Source: Macrostomum lignano (Eukaryota). From it: a DNA stretch of 51,636 nt. Location: NCBI GenBank assembly GCA_002269645.1, contig NIVC01004287.1:1-51636 (forward strand). The letters are read 5' to 3'. The translations under genes and the position numbers were made by a program. Below, in pieces: positions 12,101-21,562 of this stretch. The notes under the pieces are model-generated. The model ran no database searches, had not been told where the DNA came from, and worked only from the letters and a program-made list of their open reading frames with translations. Numbering within the stretch: position 1 is the first letter of the stretch; every line of letters starts with the position of its first letter.

Positions 12101-15100
12101 ATACGAGTGCTATCTGAAGAGCTGCGAGATACGGTACGAGTACGAAAGTTATGGCCTTGCACTGCTAGCACTCAACTGAGGAACTATTCAAGTACATCTT
12201 GAGCTGCCATAGTAGGTACAAAGACCACTAGGAACACTTGGTTACAGAAGGACGTTACACTCTGGATTCGTGTCAGAATCAGAAGAGAAGTCTTTATTGT
12301 TTTAAAAGTGTTTATTGACTTTTTTTGCTCACTCATTTTTTAGAATGACTGGGCATCTTGTGAGACAGATTTTCAAGGAAATGGACCAATGTGTTCGGCT
12401 CCTGTATATGGTCTCTAGGCTTCAAATATTTTCAGAAACACGTCTCTGGTAATGAGACTACGAGCGTACTATTATATACCTTTTCAACTTCGGAGTCGTC
12501 AAAAGTGAGTTCAAATTCGTCAGCGTATGCAAAACTATATAGCGCTCAAGGGGAAGAGAAGGAGTGTCTATGGTAAGTTTTTAGAGAAAGTGACTTCGAA
12601 TTCGTCTAAGTAAGTGAAATTCGTCAGTGCAAATACAGCGTGATCAGAAAAAGTGTTTGCTTTGTCCATGGTAAGAAAAGGTGTTTATGGTAAATTTAAG
12701 TAAGAAAGTGAGTTGAAGTTCGTCTGTGGAAAAGTAGCCCAATTTCCTGAAATCTTCATTTCATGCTTTGATTGTTGTCAGAGATGCCCTACATGACAAC
12801 AAACAGCCAATGTAACGCACAAAGTCCCGTCAAGCCGACGACTGATTGCCTGTGTTGTCACAGCAGGAGCAGCAGGAAAATCTCCAACAAGCTTTTTGCT
12901 GCATTTCTTGAGGGTCACAGTCGGCTTCTCTTCCACATACCTCGTCAACGCCCCGAGCATCTCCTCAGAAAACTTTGGTCTCACTGCACCGCCACACGCG
13001 TTAAGATCAATCCTACCCTCATATACATATCTCCTGATGATGTCACTGGCAGTTGTCCTCTTCATATCCAGTTCAATTGCGAGTTGTCTCCAGTCTCGTC
13101 CTTGTTGAAAACATCGCACGAATCTAGAGCGATCCACAGACGAAATTCTCATGTAGAGCATCTCTGACACCAATCAAAGCATGACATGAAGATTTCAAGA
13201 AATTCGGATACTTTTCCACAGACGAACTTCACTCTTTTTCTTACTTAAATTTACCATAGAAATCTTCTTTTCTTACCATGGACAAAGCAAACACTTTTTC
13301 TGATCAGGCTGTATTTGCACTGACGAATTTCACTTACTTAGACAAATTCGAAGTCACTTTCTCTAAAAATTTACCATAGACACTCATTCTCTTCCCCTTG
13401 AGCGCTATACAGTTTTGCATACGCTGACGAATTTGAACTCACTTTTGACGACTCCGAAGTTGAAAAGGTATATTAACAAAAAATTGAGTCTATGTTTTCG
13501 GCTACTTTATTGCTTCCTTAAAATTAAAGACTTGACTACCAAACGCACCTAAATATAGAGTGTCTCCATTGTTCAGGATTTTTCTTGCACCTACATCTAG
13601 TTTGAAAATAAATTAATGACTTGCTTGGTAGGGGACAAATATCTGAACAATCTGACGAGAAAAGTAACCTGCAAGGAATCGATTCGGAGATACAGACATT
13701 CTAATAATCGGCCTTGGATTTTTTTCCACGATTTGAAAGTGCTGCGTCCTTCTAGTCTAGATAATATACTACTAGAAAAACTCTACAATGCCCCATTGAC
13801 AGGCCTGACTGGCATGAACTTCGAGTTCACTCAGTTCAACTCGGACGGCCCGCCTCGCTACAGGGTGCTCAATTTTCAGAAGAGCCCCTCCGGCTACGAG
13901 TGGGTCCAGGTCGGCCTGTACGACAACGAGCGGCTGCGTCTGGAGCCCGACCTGCTGAGGTTTCGCGGCGGCGCCGCCGCTCCACCATTGTCAGCCTGCC
14001 AGCCGGCCTGCCAGGTCGGCGCCAAGCGGCAGATCAACCCGGGCGAGTGCCGCTGCTGGGTCTGCGTTGAGTGCGCCGAGTACGCCATCGTCAGCGCCGA
14101 CCGCGAGCAGTGCGTCGACTGTAAAGAAGGCCAACGCCCGTCATTGGATCGATCACGCTGCGAGGACATCGCCTTGGAGTACCTGACCTACGACCACCCG
14201 ATCGCGGCCGCGGCCCTGGCGTTCGCCTCCATCGGCGTGCTGGTCACGTGCTTCGCCTTGGCCGTGTTCGTCCGCTTCAGGGAGACCGCCGTGGTTAAGG
14301 CGTCCGGCAAGGAGCTGTCGTTCCTGCTGCTGCTGGGCATCCTGCTCTGCTACGCCATGACCTTCGTGCTGTGCGCTAAGCCCACTGGCTGGCTGTGCGG
14401 CATGCAGCAGTTCGGAGTCGGCTTTGCCTTCTCAGTCTGCTACTCCGCCCTGCTGATCAAGACCAACCGGATCGAGAGAATCTTCCGCGCGGGCAGGAAG
14501 ACTATTAAACGGCCGATGTTCATCTCGCCGCTGTCGCAGGTGGTCATGTTCTGCCTGGTGATGGCCGTTCAGGTAAGAAGCAGCTCATTCTATGTGCGAG
14601 CTTGAGTCAGAATTTACAAATTTTCTCGACAGACCAGTGCCGATCATCTGTTCGAAGCTCAATTCAACTTATCACCAATACTTTTGCACTCAATATATTA
14701 TTTACACCTACCTCAGTGCTCAGCGAGCTCTGTTATTAATGCAACCAATTCTTCAGGTCTTTACAGACTTTGTGAGAGTGCAGCGTCCTTCTGCTTGAGT
14801 TGTCCAAGTGAGTCTATTAGACAGGTGTGAATCGAAAAATCTATGAGATCGATTCAAAAGCCCGGTAGAGCAGCCTGCTTTGCCTTGGACTGCGAGGTCT
14901 AAATAAGGATTTGTACTTTTAGCATCTTCACAAGAAGGAAAATAATTAACCAACGTGCTTACATCGCAACTTACCAGACAGCTGCTATCAGGAAATCAAC
15001 TTGCTAATTAACAATACGAACTTTGATCCAATTTTCCACTCATTTTTTGTGCGGAGCGCGGCGAGTCAGGATTTCCATCCTTCGTTCGTTCACTCGTTAA

Positions 15101-16655
15101 GGTGGAGTTTTCTGCAGGAAAAACATCATGTCCTCGACTGAACAGCAACAAAAACACACGATTAGGAAGGTCTTTAAAGAAAAACGTCACCAAGCCCTGT
15201 GTGACCGTGTGACTGAGTGCGTGTCTGCGTACAGTATTGGCGCACTTGCATGTGCTCAGAGATCGAATTGACTCAGCGCTGGTTGTGGGACGATGTCGTC
15301 GAAAGAGTTTCGTCACAGTGCACGCGGGCACACGCTCACACAGGGTGCACAGCGGCCCTTTGACGTTCTAATCGTCAGGCATGTACACTCTCGGTGCCTT
15401 GGGGTTTGGCCCTCATGGGTGTGAATCGCACAGCATCCCCCTGGCCAATTTTCGTGCACACACAAACCCCAAATGAATGCGGCCTAGCACGGACTCGAAC
15501 CAGGGGTCGTGGCGCGAGAGTCCAGACGCGCTTTTACCACCGAGCTGCCCTGCCCTTCAAAGCAACCTTTGCTCACGAGAGTCTCCCACCCACAATCCAC
15601 AGGCCGCCGTCCTCATAGTTTGGATGCAAATCGAAGCTCCGAAGGCCGTCAGCCACTACCCGTCGCGTGACAAGCACCAGCTGGTGTGCGCGTCTCTGGT
15701 CGGCTCTCTGTACTTGGTTGGCCTGGCGCACCCGATGCTACTAATAGTAGTCTGCACATTCTATGCCTGTCTGACTCGCAACATACCGGAATCGTTCAAC
15801 GAGAGCAAGCACATCGGCTTCACAATGTACAGCACCTGCGTCATCTGGCTGGGCTTCCTGCCCTGTTATTTCTCCACAGCCGCGTTTATCCACATCCGCA
15901 TAGCAACCCTGTGCTTCTCCATATCTTTGTCGGCTACAGTCTCTCTGGCCTGCCTGTTCGGCCCGAAACTCTACATTATACTGCTCAGGCCGGAGCAGAA
16001 TGTCCGCCAGTCCATGATGACGACGGCCAACAAGCGGCAGCCGCAACAGCCGCAGCAGCTCAGCATGCAGCCTCTGGCATCCACAACCAGAGACGGTAGC
16101 GTAGCCGGCAGCGTGAACCACTGCTCCGGACGAATGGACGAGAGCGGCGAAGGAGCCGGCGGCAGTGGCAGCGCACGGCAGGTGCAGCACACTGCAGACA
16201 TCAGCACTCAGGCGGATGGTGAGTGCATTTACTGTATACGCCTTTGGAAAACAGGTGTGAAGGCAAGTAGCAACAGACTGGGGTCTTAGGTAAAATGTCT
16301 GCAGGTCAGCAACAGAGTGTGTTTAAAATCTCAACTATTTAGGAATTCGGTAAGTCCCTTACCCTTTGGCTTGCTGACTGCTATTCGACATTCCAACAAC
16401 CATTTCACTCCAGTTGAGCTGGTCGGGCTGCTGCAGACGCCATCGCAGGAGCTGGTACAACCTGCCTCTGGCCCAGCCGAGAGTCCAGTAAAGCCGCAGT
16501 GTTCAACGCAGTGTTCAACGCAGACTAACAACGTCTACCAGAACGACTGCGTCACCCAGACCAGCTTCCAGTCGCCCGACGAGCTGATGACGGAGCCCGG
16601 CACGGGCAGGAGAATTTACTTCCTGTCCGAGAATACGGCCGAGGTGCAGCTGTGA
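6016..16655 (+). CDS. Metabotropic glutamate receptor-family class C GPCR, mXR/mangetout-like; 9 coding exons visible (6016-6158, 7004-7174, 7267-7429, 7931-8076, 10082-10372, 11041-11152, 13803-14572, 15603-16218, 16414-16655), 5'-partial
   Basis: The spliced translation is open for about 883 aa. All junctions are GT-AG with matching phases. It contains Venus flytrap motifs (VVGAPSS, LFDIPQ|ISFFSTA, RTIPSD, WIGSDGW, RNPWFTEFWE), a 9-Cys cysteine-rich domain and a 7TM region (KASGKELS, KTNRIERIF, ESFNESKHIGFTMY). The N-terminal ~120 aa (signal peptide, GGLFP region) were not found in the window. Confidence 0.95.
6255..6955. repeat. 23/22-bp intronic minisatellite (TCTCTCACCATCTCTGCCATTTG)n
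   Basis: Two alternating unit variants; fills most of intron 6159-7003. Confidence 0.95.
7004..7174 (+). CDS. mGluR-like exon (ISFFSTAPQLSDKNRFPYFLRTIPSD...YEDSKYGRE)
   Basis: cag|ATC acceptor and GAG|gtaagc donor; 57 codons, phase 0-0. Confidence 0.95.
7267..7429 (+). CDS. mGluR-like exon (AFEEIEKLFRSNRICAALVETLPRDS...FEGIGAS)
   Basis: Polypyrimidine tract then tctcag|GCG; donor G|gtgaga; phase 0-1. Matches the AFEELxxxxxxxNICIA motif. Confidence 0.9.
7446..7880. repeat. 25-bp G-rich intronic minisatellite (GGAGGAGTGGGGTGGGTGAAGCATC)n
   Basis: Fills most of intron 7430-7930. Confidence 0.95.
7931..8076 (+). CDS. mGluR-like exon (GVVVFGSDQEV...WIGSDGWGARPLV...ERV)
   Basis: cgcag|GC acceptor (phase 1) and GTG|gtgagt donor. 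Confidence 0.93.
8686..9505. mobile_element. Dispersed repeat with long inverted arms (MITE-like), intronic copy
   Basis: 8686-9447 is near-identical to 16834-17590. About 9000-9110 is inverted at about 9340-9447, and GCAGAAGGACGCT (8955) is inverted at about 9481-9493. 8480-8685 is a partial direct duplicate of about 8975-9175. Confidence 0.75.
10082..10372 (+). CDS. mGluR-like exon (VEGAVTVQP...RNPWFTEFWEDYFEC...EQQLQFVSDAVMAFAVALK)
   Basis: ttccag|GTA acceptor and AAG|gtgagc donor; 97 codons. Confidence 0.95.
10603..10960. repeat. 18-bp intronic minisatellite (CTCTGTAGCTGGCGCCTT)n
   Basis: About 19 units within intron 10373-11040. Confidence 0.95.
11041..11152 (+). CDS. mGluR-like exon (NMRQKVCTKGLSREQCIEHLATNGAELLQELKTVTFTG)
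   Basis: ttgtag|AAC acceptor and G|gtgagt donor. Matches the xMHxxxC...C...GxxLLxxLxxVxFxG segment. Phase 1 fits the next exon. Confidence 0.9.
11260..11420 (+). mobile_element. Left-end fragment of the same TIR family as 38660-39357
   Basis: GCTGAAGCAGAACGTCGCTACACTTGATATTCTTAGAAATGG is the approximate reverse complement of 39312-39353, and the following 120 bp align with 38700-38830. Confidence 0.55.
11520..11730 (-). mobile_element. SINE body fragment (headless)
   Basis: Aligns with 50184-50345 and 15329-15430. Confidence 0.7.
12479..13468 (-). mobile_element. Non-autonomous Tc1/mariner (IS630-Tc1-mariner) deletion derivative with ~320 bp TIRs
   Basis: 12479-~12796 is the reverse complement of ~13148-13468 and both ends are flanked by TA. 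The TIRs contain internal direct repeats. The interior encodes only an N-terminal paired-like HTH (MRISSVDRSRFV...KRTTASDIIRRY...GGAVRPKFSEE...KPTVTL...ISRRL) with no DDE domain. Confidence 0.88.
13803..14572 (+). CDS. mGluR-like exon: end of VFT, cysteine-rich domain, TM1-TM4
   Basis: tgacag|GC acceptor and CAG|gtaaga donor. Contains GPPRYRVLNFQK, CQPAC...CWVCVEC...CVDC, KASGKELS, YSALLIKTNRIERIF, FISPLSQV. Confidence 0.96.
15329..15553 (-). mobile_element. tRNA-derived SINE, 5' part with best-preserved head
   Basis: The minus strand reads CAGCTCGGTGG (A box, 15537-15547) and GGTTCGAGTCC (B box, 15491-15501) with poorly paired tRNA stems. It is followed by a body shared with 11520-11730, 21465-21562 and 50184-50470. 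Confidence 0.75.
15603..16218 (+). CDS. mGluR-like exon: TM4 end to TM7 and proximal C-tail
   Basis: ccacag|GCC acceptor and G|gtgagt donor. Contains TRNIPESFNESKHIGFTMYSTCVIWLGF and LFGPKLYIILLRPEQNV. Confidence 0.96.
16414..16655 (+). CDS. mGluR-like terminal exon (distal C-tail ending ...ENTAEVQL*)
   Basis: Acceptor ttcactccag|TT is phase-compatible with the upstream donor (G|TT = Val). GC-rich codon usage and stop TGA at 16653-16655. No family-conserved motif, so support is splice phase and codon bias only. Confidence 0.7.
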
Positions 16656-16833
16656 AGCTGAGCTATCAGACAGCTCAAGTATAACAAATCGACTCAGTTG
16701 CAAAATGCATTGGCGAGATAGGAAGGTCCAGTATTTTTTAAACAGTAAATTATTGTTTTATTGTCCGAGGTTAGCGCATTCACCTCTAGGGCTGCTAGTT
16801 AAGCAGAGTTGACCATGGTTAGTACTCAAATAA

Positions 16834-17600
16834 TCAGGCCCCCACAGTGCCAGAACTGTCTCTAGCAAACTTACAGAAAAGTACCTTTCAAGGACTTCTC
16901 AAAATGGTATTTTTTTCTCGGTCAAAAGCCAACAAATATCCGTTTTGCGAAATCCGATTAGAGAAGAACCAGGACAGTTCCGTGCAAATTTAGCCCGGCA
17001 AAACTGGCATTTTCTCTCCCGCCAATGCAAGCGTAAAGCAGTGGTCGAATTTGATTTCATTTTTGCTACTCATTTCCTGTCCTCATCCAATGGAGGACAA
17101 ATGCAGAAGGACGCTGCACTCGCAGATTTCGCAGCGAAATGCATTGGTGAGATGGGAAGTTTTTTAGTTTCTCAGCACTGAATTCCCAATATCTCACCTG
17201 CTGGACTTCCGAATTGCAGATGCAGCCAGCAGGTGTTTTGTCCGAGCTGCGCTCACAAGTTCGTCGTGAAAAATTTGAAAACGTACTATTAGAGAGCGGC
17301 AAAGATCAGGGACACTTGTGTTTTCTAAAGGGATTTTGCAGTTTTGCTCTGAGTGGGGTTTGGCCATAGACAAATCCGTCCAGACAAAACACTGCAGAGA
17401 CAGGAGCGGCTGCAATCTCGCCGCAACTCTGCTTGCTTGCCGGTCTCCGGCAGCAGTTCATGAAAAAACAGCTTGATAAACTTGTGAGCGCAGCTCGGAC
17501 AAAACACCTGCTGGCTGCATCTGCAATTCGGAAGTCCAGCAGGTGAGATATTGGGGATTCAGTGCTGAATAACTGGAAACTTCCCATCTCGCCAGTGCAT
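16834..17600. mobile_element. Second copy of the same MITE-like element, 180 bp after the GPCR stop codon
   Basis: Same sequence as 8686-9447 in the same orientation. Inverted arms at about 17138-17265 and 17478-17602. Confidence 0.75.
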
Positions 17601-18956
17601 TTTACTTCGGAAGGCAGAGATGCATGCAGATGCGCTTGCAACCTTAATGGTTATTCAATGTCTTCATTAGAGTCACATTGCTTTCAATTATCTATGCTAA
17701 TAATCGCTTTTCACTGGCTTTAATTCCAATTGTACTAGGAAGTCATGACACCCCATTTGCCTCATCTCGCCCGCCGCCTCGCACTTCCAGTTATTTGCAT
17801 GCGCTTGTTTGCAAGCAGCGTGCATATCGTCTGTTTTCATTTTTGTGCGTTTTAGTGCACAGAATTATTTAACATTAGAATTACTTCAAATGAAAATTAC
17901 GAGCTAATGGTATAAATAAATAATATGGATGAATCTGCCTGATTCGCGAAATCTACGTAATACTTCAAAATCTTGTGAAAACGTAGTCTAGTGTCGTTAA
18001 TAAAATAGTTGTTTCACTCCCAGCATACTACTGAGCCACTCTTAATAGTAGACATTAGCGAATGTCAAAGCGTATCGCCCTTATAAGGCAGTCAAGCCCC
18101 AAATCACACTGAGTGTACACTGCCGGACAATAAGAAAGCCAGTCGGTCTCAGGATCCATCAGGCCAGCTTAGGATCCGACTTTCCTACACTGGGACAACA
18201 GAGGAAAATAAAATAATAAAATCAGTAGTGTGGGAAAACAAGAGACAGCGGAGGCTGAGAGAATTACATTGAGCAAGCTGCAAGCAACTGTCTATAGATG
18301 CTCTTTCCCATGCATCGGAATGACCGCAATATTCGCATTCACAAGAGAGGGTGCAAAAAAGTCTACACGAGAGTTGAATCTGGGTGGGTTCTCCCCCTAG
18401 GTCAGGCTCCCTGGTCCTTTTCAGCCGCCCCCAGATGTTACTAACGGGTCCGATATATTCGAAACACGATCCCCTGTTGTGCCAACAAAGCGAGAGAGGC
18501 CCTCCTTTATATACAGATAGACTTTTTGCGCCTCTCTTCTGGCGGCTTCAAGTCTTGCTTCCTTTCCGTCTTCTTCTCTTAGAAGATAAAGCAGTGAGAG
18601 AGAGAAAACTTTCGACAGAAATATGCCAGCTTCTGCCAGCCTACAGGGAGGGACAGTCGTGCGAAAAGAAAAACAATCAGCCCCCCTCCAGCTTCCTTCA
18701 TTGATGAAGAATTGTAAAGAAGCATGGCTGCCAGCCGGGATAAACTGGATGCAGCAATGCGGAGACGCCACCAAAGGTGACAAAAAACATTTCAGGATAG
18801 AATTGTCAGCCGCGTAACTCCGTAGAGGGGAAACAGACTTGCGATGTGCATTCAATCTTTGAGTGAAGAACTCGAAGTCGCTCAGATTAAATCATGTACG
18901 TAGCTAGCATTGTTGACAGATCAAACCAATAATGTCAATCTCATTTTCACTCTGTT

Positions 18957-19149
18957 TCTATGGTGTTATGGTGTTATGGTGCTATGGCGTTATGGTACTA
19001 TGGTGTTATGGTGTTATGGTGTTATGGTGTTATGGTGTTATGGTGTTATGGTGTTATGGTGTTATGGTGTTATGGTGTTATGGTGTTATGGTGTTATGGC
19101 GTTATGGTACTATGGTGTTATGGTGTTATGGTGTTATGGTGTTATGGTG
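18957..19149. repeat. (TGGTGTTA)n octamer repeat
   Basis: About 24 units. Confidence 0.96.
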
Positions 19150-19964
19150 TCCAATCTCATTGAAATTAAAGTGTCTCCCTGAGGTGACCGCACTAAGGGG
19201 CAAGTCACGTGACTGTTTTGAATTCCTAGACTCGATTGGAACCATATTTTAAATAATTTAAAACTCAATTAAAAAATTCAAATTAAAAAATTGATTTAGC
19301 AACTACGGACTCTACTCGTTGCTACGGTAATGTAATTTGAATCATGAGCAAGTCGAGATAGCATCTTGAAACGGATGCATCGGTGCAGCCTGCTGTTGGA
19401 GCACAGGTTTGGCACCGGAGGGCCAGCTGGGACCCCGTAACTCTTGCCAACCTCATCCCACTCAGGCCCCAGGCCGTATGAAATATGCCTCATTAATTAT
19501 GAATACCTGTCATGAATTATTGCAACCCCCCGGTCCCCTGGCAGTGCTGCCGGACTGAAGCTTATTTTCAATTACTCTAACGAAAGTCGTCAAAAATATT
19601 CCCTCCCAGTCCAGTGCTACTCCCACTGGTCAGTTCGGCCAGTTCAGGTGATTTACGATCGCACCTATGCCACCCAGCCCCCCCCGCCAGAGCCGGCGGC
19701 AGTTGCCGCAAGGCATAGCCCCCCCCCCAAGGGATATCTGCCCCGCCCAAGCAGCCGGTGGCCGGAGGGACCGCCATGGACGTCTCTTAGTCAAATATCT
19801 GGACGGGAGGCTAAAGATGGAAATTTAAAAAAAAAACAAATCTCGAAGGTTAATTCGCAGGAAATGCTACCGAACAAGTTTTAGTAACTTTTCTGTCGTT
19901 CCTCTCTCTTTTCACTCTGTGGAGCGGAGTTTACTGACTCTGGCTCCACGGGTCGCATCATAAA

Positions 19965-20605
19965 CCCGAAATATCACAAACCCGAAAGCACTTCCCATCA
20001 TAAACCCGAAACATCACAAACCCGAAAGCACTTCCCATCATAAACCCGAAATATCACAAACCCGAAAGCACTTCCCATCACAAACCCGAAATATCACAAA
20101 CCCGAAATATCACAAACCCGAAATATCACAAACCCGAAATATCACAAACCCGAAATATCATAAACCCGAAATATCACAAACCCGAAATATCACAAACCCG
20201 AAATATCATAAACCCGAAATATCATAAACCCGAAATATCATAAACCCGAAATATCACAAACCCGAAATATCACAAACCCGAAATATCACAAACCCGAAAT
20301 ATCACAAACCCGAAATATCACAAACCCGAAATATCATAAACCCGGAATATCACAAACCCGGAATATCACAAACCCGAAATATCACAAACCCGAAATATCA
20401 CAAACCCGAAATATCATAAACCCGAAAACTCACAACTCTGAAAGCACTTCCCATCATAAACCCGAAATATCATAAACCCGAAATATCACAAACCCGAAAT
20501 ATCATAAACCCGAAATATCACAAACCCGAAATATCACAAACCAGAAATATCACAACTCCGAAATTAATAGCAACGCCCATCATAAACCCGAAATACTCCG
20601 AAAAC
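19965..20605. repeat. 17-bp minisatellite (AAACCCGAAATATCACA)n
   Basis: Includes longer variants with GCACTTCCCATC; one inverted unit at 20643-20664. Confidence 0.94.
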
Positions 20606-21116
20606 CAAAATAGTGTTGGACATTGCTAGAACTTTCGGAGTTATGATATTTCGGGTTTGTGATCACAACTCCGGTTGTGGGATGATGTTGCCGAAGGCGT
20701 TGGGTCATGGCGCCCGCATCCTTTTCTCAAATTGAGTTTTTTATGACTCTCTACAAACTCCATTTGTTTTCCCCAAGTTTTGCTCCGTTTCCAGTCCAGA
20801 TGTTGTCTGACCAGAGGTGTCCATGACAAGCTCGCTTGCCAGCCGCATTCCGAGAAATTGTTTGTTTCGCCCCCCCCCCTTAACCTGTGAAAAAAACCTG
20901 ACGCAAGAAAAAACACATTGGCGTGAAGATCGTTATCCCTTGGCCTCAAGTTTGTTCCCAGGTGGCCCTGCATGGTTTGGAACTAAACAAGCCGACGTGC
21001 ATCGCTAAACATCCGCTGCCAAAATCAGCTCGATCTACGAGCTGCCACATGGGAGGCCTTGAACCAGCAGCTGGAGTCACTAAAGTCATTTCAATTTCTG
21101 TTAGTTTGAACCAGAC

Positions 21117-21403
21117 TCAAGGACTACTCAAGTAGAAGGACGGGAAACTACGTTTCTTAGAAAATGTTTATGAGGCCGATGATGAAATAAAATCGATATG
21201 AATATCGATAGAGCTATAAGAAAGGCACAAAATATCAAAAGATGAAAATTGGATCTGCCTCCTATCGAAAGCAATAAAAATTCTTGTGCTGAAAAAGATG
21301 AAAGCTTCCTATCTCAGCGGTGTATTTTTCGTCGAAAACCAGCCTCATAAACATTTTCTTAGAAATGTAGTTTCTCGTCCTGATCTACTTGAGTAGTCCT
21401 TGA
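21117..21403. mobile_element. Small MITE (~287 bp) with ~60-bp TIRs
   Basis: TCAAGGACTACTCAAGTAG...TTCTTAGAAAATGTTTATGAGG is inverted as CCTCATAAACATTTTCTTAGAAA...CTACTTGAGTAGTCCTTGA. Superfamily not determined. Confidence 0.75.
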
Positions 21404-21464
21404 TCAGATTTTATAAACTTCGTTTTAAAAGCTCAATAAAATCTCTGTATCTCAATTGAAAATC

Positions 21465-21562
21465 GTGGGTTGTCGTGCAATTCAAACCCATGATAGCCGA
21501 CCTCCAATCACAGAGTGTACATGCCTTACGATTAGAAAGTCAAAGGTCCGCTGTACACCTTG
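21465..21562 (+). mobile_element. SINE body fragment
   Basis: GAGTGTACATGCCTTACGATTAGAAAGTCAAAGGTCCGCTGTACACC is the reverse complement of the core at about 11632-11680 and 15344-15392. Confidence 0.65.

Noticed and set aside
15478-15553. Functional tRNA gene on the minus strand
   Set aside because: A and B boxes are present, but acceptor, anticodon and T stems pair poorly, and it continues into a dispersed repeat body, so it is better explained as a SINE head.
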